Origin: Octopus sinensis
Lineage: Eukaryota
Assembly: GCF_006345805.1 (NCBI RefSeq)
Contig: NC_042999.1
Coordinates: 7,378,001-7,442,000, forward strand
Direction of reading: 5' to 3'
DNA length: 64,000 nucleotides
Shown here: positions 1-12,412 of the stretch, one piece after another
Position numbering within the stretch: position 1 is the stretch's first letter
How the letters are laid out: every line of letters starts with the position of its first letter
Notes under the pieces: generated by a model
Told to the model about the DNA's origin: nothing
The model's database searches: none
The model's input: only the letters and a program-made list of their open reading frames with translations
Program-made: the position numbers and the translations under genes

Positions 1-760
1 GAATATGCCCAAACCTATCGGGGGCTAAAAATCCTATTCAAACAAGGAAAGAGTTTCATAATTCAAACCAGTTTCACTTGTGGTTGCGAGAATCTAATAT
101 ATGTCATACCATGTTCAGGTTGTGGACATAACTATATAGGACGGACAATTATGGCACTTAGACGGAAAACCATGCTACACAAGGAACAGATCCGTTTCCC
201 AAAACACACACACATTCCTTTGAGTGAACACAGAGAGATGTGCAGGTACTACTCAACCAAACTTCATAGTTTCCACCATCTATCTGTCCAAACAAACAAT
301 TTCTGTACGAGAACGTTTAAATAAGAAAATTTATTGATCAATAAATAGAGAACATGCTTAAATATGAACGCATAACCAACTTTTGTTTTAATTATTGATC
401 ACGTACCAATCACTGTACGTATTTCATCACACTACTTTAGCTTTTTAGTTTTATTTATTTATTCCAAACCCCACAAAAATAATATGAGAAATTGCCTCCC
501 CTGTCCCGAATAAGAACGATCACCATTTACCTTCCCTTAGATTTTTGTATTTGTTGTTTCATTCACAAACATCCTTCCAAGAACATGGGCTAAAATCTTA
601 AGGAAATACGAAATTACAATAATTTTAATGTCATGATTAGCGAAAGCCAAACCGGTTGACAAACATAATAATCTTCAACTTCTAAAATATATCAGAAAAA
701 ATTTATTAAAACTACCTAAAGTTTATGCGTTTTCCTTCTTTTCTTTTATATATATATTTT
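1..760 (+). mobile_element. Penelope-like retroelement 3' remnant (GIY-YIG endonuclease plus 3' terminal region)
   Basis: Frame +1 (1-324) reads ...FTCGCENLIYVIPCSGCGHNYIGRTIMALRRKTMLHKEQI..., the GIY-YIG pattern (LIY..C..C...YIG.T...LR.R...H). Same pattern as 40319-40558. Truncated by the window edge. Confidence 0.85.
629..661 (+). ncRNA. degenerate minimal hammerhead-like motif in PLE terminus
   Basis: TGTC-ATGATTA-GC(GAAA)GC-CAAA-CCGG-TT-GACA: stem I TGTC/GACA, stem II, palindromic stem III CCGG. The core deviates (A3/U8, G12>C). Confidence 0.4.
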
Positions 761-825
761 ATGTATCGCAACTCAGCGATAATCGAAATTCTCATCCCTT
801 TTCTTGCTATATATATAAAATGTAG

Positions 826-826
<1 letters not shown>

Positions 827-897
<71 letters not shown>
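827..897. repeat. (TCTA)n microsatellite
   Basis: Direct; similar tracts at 19945-20040, 29050-29490, 46370-46570. Confidence 0.95.
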
Positions 898-899
<2 letters not shown>

Positions 900-976
900 C
901 CCAGATGTATGTATATGTATATATATATATATGTATATAATGATATAAATGTATAATGATAAAATATATACAGATA

Positions 977-1405
977 TAGGCGCAGGAGTGGCTGTGTGGT
1001 AAGTAGCTTGCTAACCAACCATATGGTTCCGGGTTCAGTCACACTGCGTGGCATCTTGGGCAAGTGTCTCCTGCTATAGCCCCGGGCCGACCAATGCCTT
1101 GTGAGTGGATTTGGTAGACGGAAACTGAAAGAAGCCTGTCGTATATATGTATATATATATTTATATAAGTGTGCATGTGTGTGTTTGTGTGTCTGTGTTT
1201 GTCCCCCTAGCATTGCTTGACAACCGAAGCTGGTGTGTTTACGTCCCCGTCACTTAGCGGTTCGGCAAAAGAGACCGATAGAATAAGTACTGGGCTTACA
1301 AAGAATAAGTCCCGGGGTCGATTTGCTCGACTAAAGGCGGTGCTCCAGCATGGCCGCAGTCAAATGACTGAAACAAGTAAAAGAGTAAAAGAGTAAGAGT
1401 AAGAG
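977..1405 (+). mobile_element. tRNA-derived SINE family B (CORE-like centre, internal TA/TG tract)
   Basis: A-box TGGCTGTGTGGTAAG, B-box GGGTTCAGTC, CTTGGGCAAGTGTC centre, tail ...CCAGCATGGCCGCAGTCAAATGACTGAAAC-(AAGAGT)n. Homologous to 13387-13828 and 54770-55180. Confidence 0.9.
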
Positions 1406-1859
1406 TATATAAATATATAATGATATAATATATAGTGGTATATGTGCGTGTGTAATCGTATGCATCTATTTCAAATACTTCAGCGTAGAAAAAATTGAAA
1501 AAAACTTATTGTTGCTAAAACTACAATACTATCAACACTATTACTTAGATAACTTCGATTGGTTTTGGCCATTATCAGCCCAGGCCATGGCTAACTCAAT
1601 GGTACCAGCTGGAGCATTCCATATGTTATATTAAGTTGAAACTTTAAACCTCGTAACCCAATCTGTATATATTTGTGCTCGTAAGTACATGTGGTTGTTT
1701 ATGCGTACATACATGCATATATATACATACATTACTTGTATTTTTTATTCTACATTATATATATTATAAATATTGAATGTACATATATATTCATATGCAC
1801 GCGTATATATATCTCATATATATACATACATATATATTTATACACACACAAGATTACAT

Positions 1860-2001
<142 letters not shown>

Positions 2002-2658
2002 GTGGCAAATGAAAGACGGAAGATGCAATATACGAGAATTTATTATTAATCATGACAATTGTTTTGACATATCTAGCATCGATATCTCAAGGGTGGGACA
2101 CTCAACAACTGGTTCAGGAGCATCCGGCATTGAAGATGTTAAAATGACGGTTCCGCAATGTATCTTCTGATTTTGTAGGATTAAAAGCAACAAGACGGAA
2201 GAAATATCTTCAGTTACAAAGAAGATAAAAAATAAAATCACAGATAGAAAAAAAATAGAGAAACGAACAGGCAATCCAGCGAGAAAAAGTATTAAAAATA
2301 ACCGTTAACAAACATGGATGTATAAACGGCCTCGCGCAAGCTGCGTGGCGCGTGCACACTCACTCATAAAAGCATACACGAAAATATGAGTATACGCTCA
2401 CGTGAGCGTTAGTGCACTCATGATCACAATGCGAGTTGCAGTAAAGTAAATTAAATTATGTTACGCTCACTCAAAATTCATTCCCACTGCATTCTGCGAA
2501 AGTACATTTATATGCGTGCAGGCGTCTCGAGAGTCGTTCAGAAATTCTATTAATGATCTACTCGTTAGTCCACGAAATAGGCGGGAATTCCTCGGAGCAG
2601 ATATGGCATCACCTGGAAATTATATTTTATGGATTCGCGTGCTTTACTAGGAACCAAG

Positions 2659-2711
<53 letters not shown>

Positions 2712-2879
2712 ATATTAATTAGAGACAAAACCACTATTATGCAAATCAAACAAAGAAAGACTTAATCCAATACATAAAAAAAATTTTATATAAATTAAAT
2801 AAAATTAAGTTATCCACTACAATTGTTTCTTGTCACTTCTAAGGACATTCATATGAAACTTAGGTTTAAGTTTTCTTTT

Positions 2880-4029
2880 AATGATATCATCACTTTTCGA
2901 AATGCAATTCATGGTGTCTGATTATTTTGTGAGTTTTCTCTTATAAATCCTTTTTTGTGAATCTATGGATAGATAAAAAAAATTGTGTTGTTTATGAATA
3001 TGAGTTCCGTCGTGGAATCATTGCATCTCAGAGAGCTCGAAACATCAATGAGATGTTTGGTGAAGATGTGGCGAATGAGCGCACTGTACGTCGATGGTTC
3101 GAGATGTTCCTGTCTGGTGACTTTACTCTTGAAAAATCAGTCCCATGGTGGACCTGAGACCAAGGTAGATAATGATGAGCTGGAAACTGAAGTGGAGGCG
3201 GATACATCTCAAACTACACCAAAGTTAGCAGCATAGTTTGATGCTTTGATCCCAAATGTGTGGGACCCTATGAAAGAAATCGGCAATGTAAAGATGCTGG
3301 ACAAGTGGGTAACACACGAACTGAACGAGCATCAAATGACACGTCGTCATGGAATTTGCTGTTCTTTGCTGTCAAGGCATAAATGCGAACCATTTTCATG
3401 TGATGGAAACTAGATTCTTTTCAGCAATAGCGAGCGTTCTGCAAGGTGGTCGGATAGAGGTGAAGATCTAAAATACAATGAAAAAATTATATTCTCCAAA
3501 AAGGGCTAATGGTGTCTGTTTGGTGGTCCAGCGTTGGTGTCATCCGCTACAGCTTCACGAGACCTGGTAAGTCAAATACAGCAGATGTATACATCAACAA
3601 ATTGGTTGAAAGAATGGGTGAATTTGCAATTAAACAACTGAGATTGGTCAATAGAGACAGGTGAATTCTCTTGCAAGACAATGCATGACCACATGTTGCA
3701 CCAAGAACTCTACTCAAGTTACAGGAACTGAACTTGTAAGTACTCTATCATCCACCATATTTACTACACCTTACACCAACTGACCATTATGTTTTCCAGG
3801 CGTTAAACAACCTTTTGCAAGGAAAAATCTTCAAAAACAGCCTTTCGTGATTTCATCGCTTCTTCCTCTCCAGAATTCTTCGCTGTCGGCATAAATAACC
3901 TACGGATAAAAGGGCAAAACTGTGTTGATTATTTAGGTGCATTCTTTGATTAGCTGCATTGCTTTTTGTTGAGATAAAGTAAAATAAACTTTCAGTTCAA
4001 AATCGGTCATTTCATTCTTAATGACCTGG

Positions 4030-4033
<4 letters not shown>
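2880..4033 (+). mobile_element. decayed mariner (Tc1/mariner) transposon, transposase pseudogene
   Basis: Broken frames give ANERTVRRWFEMF, GGPETKVDNDEL, WVTHEL, CDGN, GLMVSVWW, LQDNA*PH, YHPPY. The right TIR-like end ...TCATTTCATTCTTAATGACCTGGTA is followed by TA; no left TIR found. Homologous to 16963-18113. Confidence 0.9.
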
Positions 4034-4083
<50 letters not shown>

Positions 4084-4129
4084 ATATAATATATATATAT
4101 ATATATAATATATATATATATATAACCTT

Positions 4130-4545
4130 ATCCAGGGCTCTATCACTCCTGAACGAGGAACCTAACTCTGTAATCTTTCCGCCGCTGTCTGTGTCAGGAG
4201 CAAGTCGTGATCATATATGCGTCAGAAAGTCGGTGAGTTCATCTCGCCATCTTGCCTTTGGTCGGCTTCTTGGTCTTCTGCCCTGTCTTTGTGTCCATTC
4301 CGTCAACTTACTTGTCCACCAACCAACTTATCCTTCAGTCGTGCGACGTGGCTAGCCTATCTATACCTGTCTTCCATGATGGTTCTTATGATATCGTTGA
4401 TTCTCCTAATCTGTCGAATCCAGACATTAGTTTTGTCGTCCCGCAATCTGATGCCAAGCATGATTCATTCCATTTTCCATTGGGTTACCACGAGGGCGTT
4501 AATAAATGTCGTGTCGAGAGCCCAGATTTCCTTGCCGTAAATAAT
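4130..4545 (-). mobile_element. RTE-clade LINE 3' fragment
   Basis: Minus strand reads IYGKEIWAL...ME*IMLGIRLRDDKTNVWIRQ...*ASHVARLKD..WTSKLTEWTQRQGRRPRSRPKARWRDEL, the typical RTE ORF C-terminus. Confidence 0.8.
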
Positions 4546-5059
4546 CGCTCAATATCTAACACACAAACGTAAGAAGATCCTTTATCATTGTTAACGAATT
4601 AGCTAATCAATTGTTTGATTAGTCTGTGAGTGAGACGTTAATTAAAAGATTTGTAAATGTATTGTATTATCGAACCGACCACATAGACTTAATATGAAAA
4701 TCCCACTCAGACACATACATTTGCTCACACAAACAATTTACAGAAATACACATAGACATGCATCCACACACACACACATAAGCATTCGTACAAACACACA
4801 TACATACACAAACAGTCTCTCTCTCTCTCTTATCCACAACCAAGTGTAAGAGGTGCCGAAAAGAACAAATACTGGCAAGACGAATGCTATCGCCCGTCTT
4901 AGAGTTGAGACTAATATCATCTCTGCTAAGAGAGAGTGCAATGGTAAGACTCCGCTGTCGTTGATACCAATGCTTGCAGCTGCAAAAGTGGGAGGCTGTA
5001 AGTTGTAGCATCCGCATAAGCGTTTGTAGTAGAACGACTAACAGCTATTAGTCACTGCA

Positions 5060-5339
5060 ACAGTAGTAGTAGTAGCAGTAGCAGCAACAGCAGCAGCAGC
5101 AGCAGTTGTAGAACTACATATACAATAATGGAAACAATACGAATAACAATGGCGGCGTAATCATCACCATCATCACCATCATCATCATCATCATCATCAT
5201 ATCATCATCATCATCAACATGCATGGCTGTATTCCCCAACATTGCTATTATTGTGATCGCCACCACCAACACTATAGTCCTTATCATCATCATCATTATC
5301 ATCATCATCATCACCACCACCACCACCACCACCACCACT

Positions 5340-5370
<31 letters not shown>

Positions 5371-5638
5371 TCATGCATGGCTATATTCATCACCATTGCT
5401 ATTATTGTGATCGCCACCACCAACACTATAGTCCTTATCATCATCATCATATCATCATCATCATCATCATCACCACCACCACCACCACCACCACCACCAC
5501 CACTACCACCACCACCATCATCATCATATCATCATCATCATGCATGGCTATCACCATTGCTATTATGTGATCGCCACCACCAACACTATAGTCCTTATCA
5601 TCATCATCATCATCACCACCACCACCACCACCACCACC

Positions 5639-5670
<32 letters not shown>

Positions 5671-5760
5671 GCATGGCTATCACCATTGCTATTATTGTGA
5701 TCGCAACCCCAACCACCCCCACCACCACCACTACCATCATCATCATCATAATTATCATCA
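5060..5760. repeat. compound (CAT)n/(CAC)n array containing about 4 copies of a ~60 bp unique unit
   Basis: The unit GCATGGCT..CACCATTGCTATTATTGTGATCGCCACCACCAACACTATAGTCCTTATC recurs at about 5221, 5375, 5541 and 5670 (partial). Confidence 0.9.
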
Positions 5761-6232
5761 GTAACAACAATAAACAACAGTTTCTTTTCATTTTTTAAAT
5801 TCAGTATGCAACACTGTCAGCTCTAGGTACAAAACTAATGATGCTGACACTGAATTAGGCAGCAACAGTCTTGTGAAAAGATCGAGTGTAGCAGCAGTAC
5901 GAATAGCAGCTGCAGCAGCAGGAGCAGCTTTAAGAGTGAGGATAAGCTTGGCTGCGATCGTCAGAACTTATGTGTTAATGGCAAAAGGAAACCCAAGAAC
6001 TATAAAGTCATAAGCATAAGGAGTTGAGAGCTCAGTAATCGCTCGGGACTTGATCGCGGTTTGAGAGCAAACCGCAACAGAGAAAAATGTATTCGCGGAA
6101 CTATTTCACCATTTTGATCTCTTTATCACAAAAGGAAGTGTAATGTAGAAGGTTCTAATCCTGCAATAGGTATTCCAAATGTTATTTATGAGGAATTAAT
6201 ATAGCAACCCGTCCAGATAATTCTTATCGAGA

Positions 6233-6472
6233 ATACCTATTTCTTTACTACCCACAAGGGGCTAAACACAGAAGGGACAAACAAGGACAGACAAACGGAT
6301 TAAGTCGATTAAATCGACCCCAGTGCGTAACTGGTACTTATTAATTTATCGACCCCGAAAGGATGAAAGGCAAAGTCGACCTCGGCAGAATTTGAACTCA
6401 GAACGTAACCGCAGACGAAATACCGCTAAGCATTTCGCCCGGCGTACTAACGTTTCTACCAGCTCGCCGTCC
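6233..6472 (-). mobile_element. SINE family A (full length)
   Basis: Reverse complement of GGCGAGCTGGYAGAAACGTTAG...GAGTTCAAATTC(B-box)...GTCGACTTTGCCTTTCATCCTTTCGGGGTCGATAAATTAA...TGTCCTTGTTTGTCCC...AAAGAAATAG. Confidence 0.9.
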
Positions 6473-7461
6473 TTATCGGGAATACAGTCTGATCTTCCAC
6501 CAAGGAACCGACAGAGCAAAAGGACAAAACAGGATTAATCGCATGGCTAATGTCTGTCTTTTATTTGCCATTTCAGCAAGCACGACAGACAGCTCTCTAC
6601 TTATTTCAGTATCATTAAACTTAGTCACTTGCTGAAGACAGTAAAATATTGCACGCGATAAAGCACAGAGTTATAATATTGGCAGAAATAACTCCTCAAT
6701 ATCTGGCATGGTGTCATAGGAATCAAGCAACATGTGTATTTGATTCGTTGAATTAATTTCAGATAGGTTTTGTCACTTTTCTGCGATGCTTCTTTTGAGT
6801 TAACACTTCAGAAATGACAGAAACAGCCTGCACATGACTCGTCTTTTATAAAAATTAACTTTAGTGATCCACATTTCGAAGCAAATACCTGACAAGTTCT
6901 GGGATTTATAGAATCTATGTAGGCTTCCCTCGAGTAAAGCTAAAACAAGTAACGTACAAGAATCAGAAAATTGGTTTCTGGATTCTGTATTTCATATGGA
7001 GATGTTATCTGATGCCACGCATGTTGTCATTAAGCGAAATTGACAGAAATGTTAAGATCCTTGTGTTGGAATTGATTGTTCAGGAGTTCCGTTTCAATTC
7101 CCACAACAACAAAAGCAATAATAACACACAGCTCTGCCACAGATAAGTCACTATTCTATAACTACAATCTTTAGTATACAAAGTTTATAACAGATATAAC
7201 AGCTATGTTAGAATAATTTGTCCAACTGTATGGAATCCTTGACAAGATTTCATGGATATAGAATTGGAATTGCCGCATTGCAAAATAAGGACACTAGACT
7301 TTAAATGGAACCTATTGTGAAAAGAAAATTCGTGGTCAGCATTGCAACATTGTCTGAAATTTTGTACAATGACGAGAAAATAGATACAAGTTCTGTTGGA
7401 AATTGGAATTGTATCTTAGAAAAACCCAGTATTTTGCGGATCAATTTAAGTGTTTTTACGA

Positions 7462-7670
7462 AGTGACAGAATCGTTAGCACACCGGGCACAATGCTCAGC
7501 GGCATTATGTCTGTCTTTACGCTTTGAGTTCAAATTCCGCCGAGGTCAACTTTACCTTTCATCCTTCCTAGGTCGATAAACTAAGTACCAGTTGAACACT
7601 GGGGTCAATGTAATAGACTTACTCCTCCTCCTAAATTGCTGGCTTTGTGCCAAAATTTGAAATCAATATT
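7462..7670 (+). mobile_element. SINE family A, alternative-tail variant (A2)
   Basis: Same head and centre as family A; tail ...CTAAATTGCTGGCTTTGTGCCAAAATTTGAAATC. Confidence 0.8.
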
Positions 7671-7674
7671 TGGT

Positions 7675-7975
7675 TTTAGGAAAAGAGTGTACCTCCGAAT
7701 CAGGAACAGAAGTCCATTTTGTGGAAGTATAGTTTTAATGTGAGAGCAAATATTTCTCACGAGGACTTGGGACAGGATGTGTTTCACTGGGGGGGGGATG
7801 TTTATTTGGAGTTGGAGAGTGAGACCACGAAAGTAAGGCATTTGAAGGACAGAGAGAGAGCAGGCAAAATTGATACGAAGAGAATGGTTGGACAGAGCTC
7901 GTTCAAAGTGTTGGATGTTCTGTGGTGTAGATATCCCTGTAGTAAAGTTAGAAGAGACAAATGGAAGAATTTCTG
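7675..7975 (-). mobile_element. L2/CR1-group LINE 3' fragment (degenerate)
   Basis: Minus-strand translation SLLTLLQGYLHHRTSNTLNELCPT... with KWTSVPDSE-YTL..LKPNI resembles the C-terminus of L2/CR1-group ORF2. Confidence 0.45.
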
Positions 7976-9754
7976 ATATAGTTTCATAGGGAACGCGTGA
8001 TACGTAATACGTAAGCCGGAAACCGATGAACTCTGGTGTTAGAATTTACTTTATGATGATTAGCGAAGGACTGGGAATACTTCGAAACGCTATTCCTCAA
8101 AATAGTTTTTAATGTTTTGAACGTGTTAACCCATTAAATCCCACTCTCCTATAAATAGGAATATTAAATAAGCTATATCACATTGTTTCACTGTCCTATT
8201 TATAGGACACCGAGTATTTCCATTTCTAGTTGAAGTAAAGGAGTTTTATAATTATTTCTTTTCATTTTAACCTATTTTCAATCATCTGTAAAAATTTAAA
8301 AGTAATATTCGGAAATCTAAGTACTCTGGGACTTAATGGGTTAAGCTGTCCTGGATGTTAGCGTATAATATTATTCTGGGGGATGCCGGATGTATAAAAT
8401 TGAATTATGTTCTTCCTCTGAATTATTTCACAACCAGTTTCAGGTGAAGGAATGACATAACCATGATTAAATTTAAACTAGAAAATGACAATTGGTGATA
8501 TTCTCGTCCCGGAAAGATAAAATATAAAACGTACGTTGTCAGTATTTGAGGACACCTAAGAGGAGAATCTGCGGAGTTCTAAGTGAAATAATTCACATCG
8601 ATAACCGGCCGAAACTCAGAAAATTGAAACGGAAAAGTATTTTGGCTTGCATTCCTCTTGTTAGGAAAACATCTTACAATAGATCTAGCAGCTACCTAAA
8701 CATGAAATGCGTATGTGATGTACTGAAGGGAAAGAGATAAGTATCCATACTGTTATGGATTAATATTAGCCTTATCTGTACTTATTTCGTAGATCACAAC
8801 CCTTTAATTAGCATGATGATACTTTCGTAAAGGAGTTTAGAAAATAACTATAGCTGAGATTTTTCTTACATTAGAATTAATGGCGTCATATTGATTTATA
8901 GTTTATTTTTTATACGTTATATAAAAATTCTATAGAAAAGTAGGAAAACGTATAAGTGTATATTAACTCGCTTTCTCTTGTCACCGAATATAAAATTAAT
9001 CGGTAGAAATAAAAGATAGGAATCTTTACCTGTAAACAAAACTGAACGTGCAATTTAAATCATGGAGGACATTGCAAAATATTTATCCTTTCACTCTAAG
9101 CTGTTGCTCCCTGCTTGATATATTTTGTTATCAGCTGGCCGTGTGGCATACTTTGAAACGATATTTTAGTATCAGATATTAATCTGGTCATGAAAAATAT
9201 CTGTTTTGGTATTAAACATATAGAATAATGGTTTGGATCCCTAATTTGTTTAAAAATGAAGTTCCAAATTTCCCATAAAACGAAAATCGGGAATATTTAC
9301 AACTTTTCAAATCTGAAGATATTCGTGAATTAAGGAGGAGATGCTTGAGTAAAACAAAAAAAGGAAACAAAACAAAATAAAACAAAATGAAAAGAAACGA
9401 AAATTGTTTCTCGAAACCAGTTTTTGCATTGTTCAAACCATCTCCCAACTATTTCGTTCGAAAATGATTTTTAATAATTATAATTTAATATAGAACTTTG
9501 CTAGGAAATCGCGTTGACGATATGACTATAGTTTATTTCCTGCTGAAAATTGAATCCAAGCCATATAATTACAATGTAAGAAATGCGTAAGAGCGGCTCT
9601 CTTGAACAAATTAACGATCTACGATAATTACACATACAGGGCAAAAAGATAAGAAACCCTGAACACTGAAAAAAACTGTAAAGTACCTGGAGAAAATGTG
9701 TTTTATAAATGATACAGTGAAGAGAGTGTGTGGCATTTTAACTTTATTACAGTG

Positions 9755-10100
9755 AAGGCACGTGGCTCAGTGGTTAGAGCAGCATCGAACTTACGATTGT
9801 GAGGTTGTGAGCTCGAATCCTGGACTGGGCTGCGTGTTGTATTCTTGAGCAAGACACTTTATTTCACGTTGCTCCAGTTCACTCAGCTGTAGAAATGAGT
9901 TGGTTGCGACGTCACAGGTGCCAAGCTGTATCGGCCCTTGCCTTTCCCTTGGCTAACACTGGTGACGTGGAGAGGGGAGGCCGGTATGCATGGGCGACTG
10001 CTGGTCTTCCATGAAACAACCTTGCCCAGACTTGTGCCTCAGAGGGTAACTTTCTAGGTGCAAGCCAATGGTCAGTATCTGACCGAAGGGGGTCTCATGT
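9755..10100 (+). mobile_element. SINE family C
   Basis: tRNA head GTGGCTCAGTGGTTAGAGC...GAGCTCGAATCC, CTTGAGCAAGACACTT centre. Homologous to 46025-46366 (-). Confidence 0.85.
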
Positions 10101-10466
10101 ACACGGATATGACGAACATATTAAGCGGTAGGAGTAAATCTGGCCGGATTAAATACATAACCAGTTTACAGGTTAGATGGGAGTTCTGAAACATTGCCAC
10201 TCTAGTAATTTTGTATTATGGAGATGCAATCCTTTTACGTTATGTTGGATTAAGCAACAGTTAAAGCATTATGTAATAAATGGCGCTGATACGATTGGTT
10301 CAACTGGAAAAAAAATACGCTCAAGATGAATGGCGGCTTAAAAATGAATTAGTAAAACAAATCAAACCAATACGAGATTAATCATGATTAATCATTTATT
10401 TCCCCGATTTCATGGCATTATATTAATGTATCGTATGCTATATCAAACCGCCAGGAATAAAGAGAC

Positions 10467-10468
<2 letters not shown>

Positions 10469-10539
<71 letters not shown>

Positions 10540-10549
10540 ATACATATAT

Positions 10550-10631
<82 letters not shown>

Positions 10632-10632
10632 T
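10469..10632. repeat. (TA)n microsatellite
   Basis: Direct; many similar tracts, e.g. 26195-26460, 30815-31060, 38915-39020, 48065-48250, 55985-56400. Confidence 0.95.
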
Positions 10633-11439
10633 ATATTTAGTATAATTTTAAACATTAAATCTAAGCAGTTAAGATATATTATCAGAGTGATGTATTTTAG
10701 ATACATTTGTTTTATCTTGATCAAAATCATTTCGAAATACTGTTACAATTGAATTAGTTTTTGTATTCCTATATTCTAAAGTCCTGCAATATTGATTATT
10801 AATCTCCATAGAACCGAATGATTATTTATTGTACATGGTAGGAACGCATTAATCAATATAATATTGATTTCAAAGTAAACATTGATATGTAGATGAGAAA
10901 AATCTACATAGCCGTAGACCTAGGTAGTTGTTTTGAACGTTTCGTTAATTTCTTAGATTTGCGCAAATTTGATTAAAAGGCAAATCTTCCGGGAGGATTT
11001 GGTGAGATGATTTGATAAGAGCTTTGGACATGCTTTGACAGTGAGAAATATAAAATAAAATGAACGTATTGACAGTAAAACCCCCGAGACTGAAGTAGTT
11101 TTCATGCTTAATAGCTTGCTTCAGAGAGTGTCTTACTTGGATGATGCATACAACATAGAAAGGCCTTCGAATATCAATTATTCAACGACATAAAAACACT
11201 TTTTGTAGGAAGGGGCCATAGTATATCTATAGTTTATAGTGTAATATATTGATGATAGCTATTTCATGGACCCTTGAGGGATAAAAGTAGAAAAGATAAT
11301 GATTGCTTAGAAGTACATTTGCAGTGGATATAATTAAATATGCTGCAATTAATTTAATTTGGTCATAGGGTGTCTGAGTAATATCCAACATTCTGAATAT
11401 TAATTTTAGACTGCTGAATATTGATCAGAGAGTAGACAT

Positions 11440-11715
11440 GAGTTCCAGGTGATCCAAGCAAGGGAACAGCCTGTTCATGATATTAATGTTCAAGTGACTC
11501 AGCACTCCACAGACACGCATACCCTTAACGTATTTCTAAGGGATATTCAACGTGACACAAAATGTGACAATGCCGACCCTTCGAATTACGAGTACGTCTC
11601 AATTTTCGTAGTCCAGTGGACTGGAGCAACAGGAAATAAAGTACCTTGGTAAAAGATACAGTGCGCCGCCGTGTATCGAACTCACAACCTTATGATTGTG
11701 AGCCCAAAACGGAAC
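11440..11715 (-). mobile_element. SINE family D-related (degenerate)
   Basis: Reverse complement matches the centre and tail of 25260-25644 (GTCAC..TGAATATCCC..GTTAAGGGT..GTGTCTGTGGAGTGCT). Confidence 0.7.
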
Positions 11716-11756
11716 CACTATGGCACGCATCTTCACGGGTTATTTTTATTTTATTT

Positions 11757-11962
11757 TCTCCTTTAGTCATAGAACTCGAAATTTTGGGGAGGAGACGTGT
11801 CGATTAGATCGACCCAGTATGCAACTGGTACTTAATTTATCGACCCAGAAAGGATGAAAAGTAAAGTCGACCTCGGCGGAATTTGAACTCATAACGTAAA
11901 GACAGACAAAACAGCGCTAAGCATTTCGCCTCGTGTGCTAAAGATTCTGCTAGCTCGCCACC
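11757..11962 (-). mobile_element. SINE family A2
   Basis: Family A centre (GTCGACTTTACTTTTCATCC) with the A2 tail. Confidence 0.8.
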
Positions 11963-11992
11963 ACGTGTGTCTGAATAGTAACTTCCCATATT

Positions 11993-12412
11993 TATTTCTT
12001 TATTGCCCACAAGGGGCTAGTCACAGAGGGGAGAAACAAGGACAGACAAACGGATTAAGTCGATTACATCGATCACAGTGCGTAACTGGTACTTAATTTA
12101 TCGACCTCGAAGGGGTGAAAGGCAAAGTCGACCTCGGCGGAATTTGAACTCAGAACATAACGGCAGACGAAATACATATTTCTTTACTACCCAGAAGGGG
12201 CTAAACACACATAGAGAGGACAAACAAGGACAGACAAACGGATTAAGTTGATTACATCGATCACAGTGCGTAACTGGTTCTTAATTTATCGACCCCGAAA
12301 GGATGAAAGGCAAAGTCGACCTCGGCAGAATTTGAACTCAGAACGTAGCGGCAGACGAAATACCGCTGAGCATTTCGCCCGGTGTGGTAACGATTCTGCC
12401 AGTTTGCCGCCT
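11993..12412 (-). mobile_element. SINE family A head-to-tail dimer with TSD
   Basis: Full unit 12412-12177 plus a 5'-truncated unit 12176-11993, flanked by TAGTAACTTC[C/A]CATATT at 11976-11992 and 12413-12429. Confidence 0.9.

Noticed and set aside
1345-1380. SINE-B tail CAGTCAAATGACTGAAAC as a hammerhead stem II plus GAAA
   Set aside because: No CUGANGA-like core upstream and no stem I/III. Better explained as a LINE-recognition hairpin.
1555-1592. Reverse-strand CTGATAA...AAAAC hammerhead remnant
   Set aside because: Stem II is too short, the core has several mismatches, and there is no stem I.
8054-8092. ATGATTAGCGAAG...CTTCGAAACGCTA hammerhead-like string
   Set aside because: Extra bases between core and stem II, no stem I complementarity, no PLE context.
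9755-9835. tRNA genes at SINE heads (also 25260, 977)
   Set aside because: A- and B-boxes are present, but there is no complete cloverleaf, and the sequence continues into shared SINE bodies.
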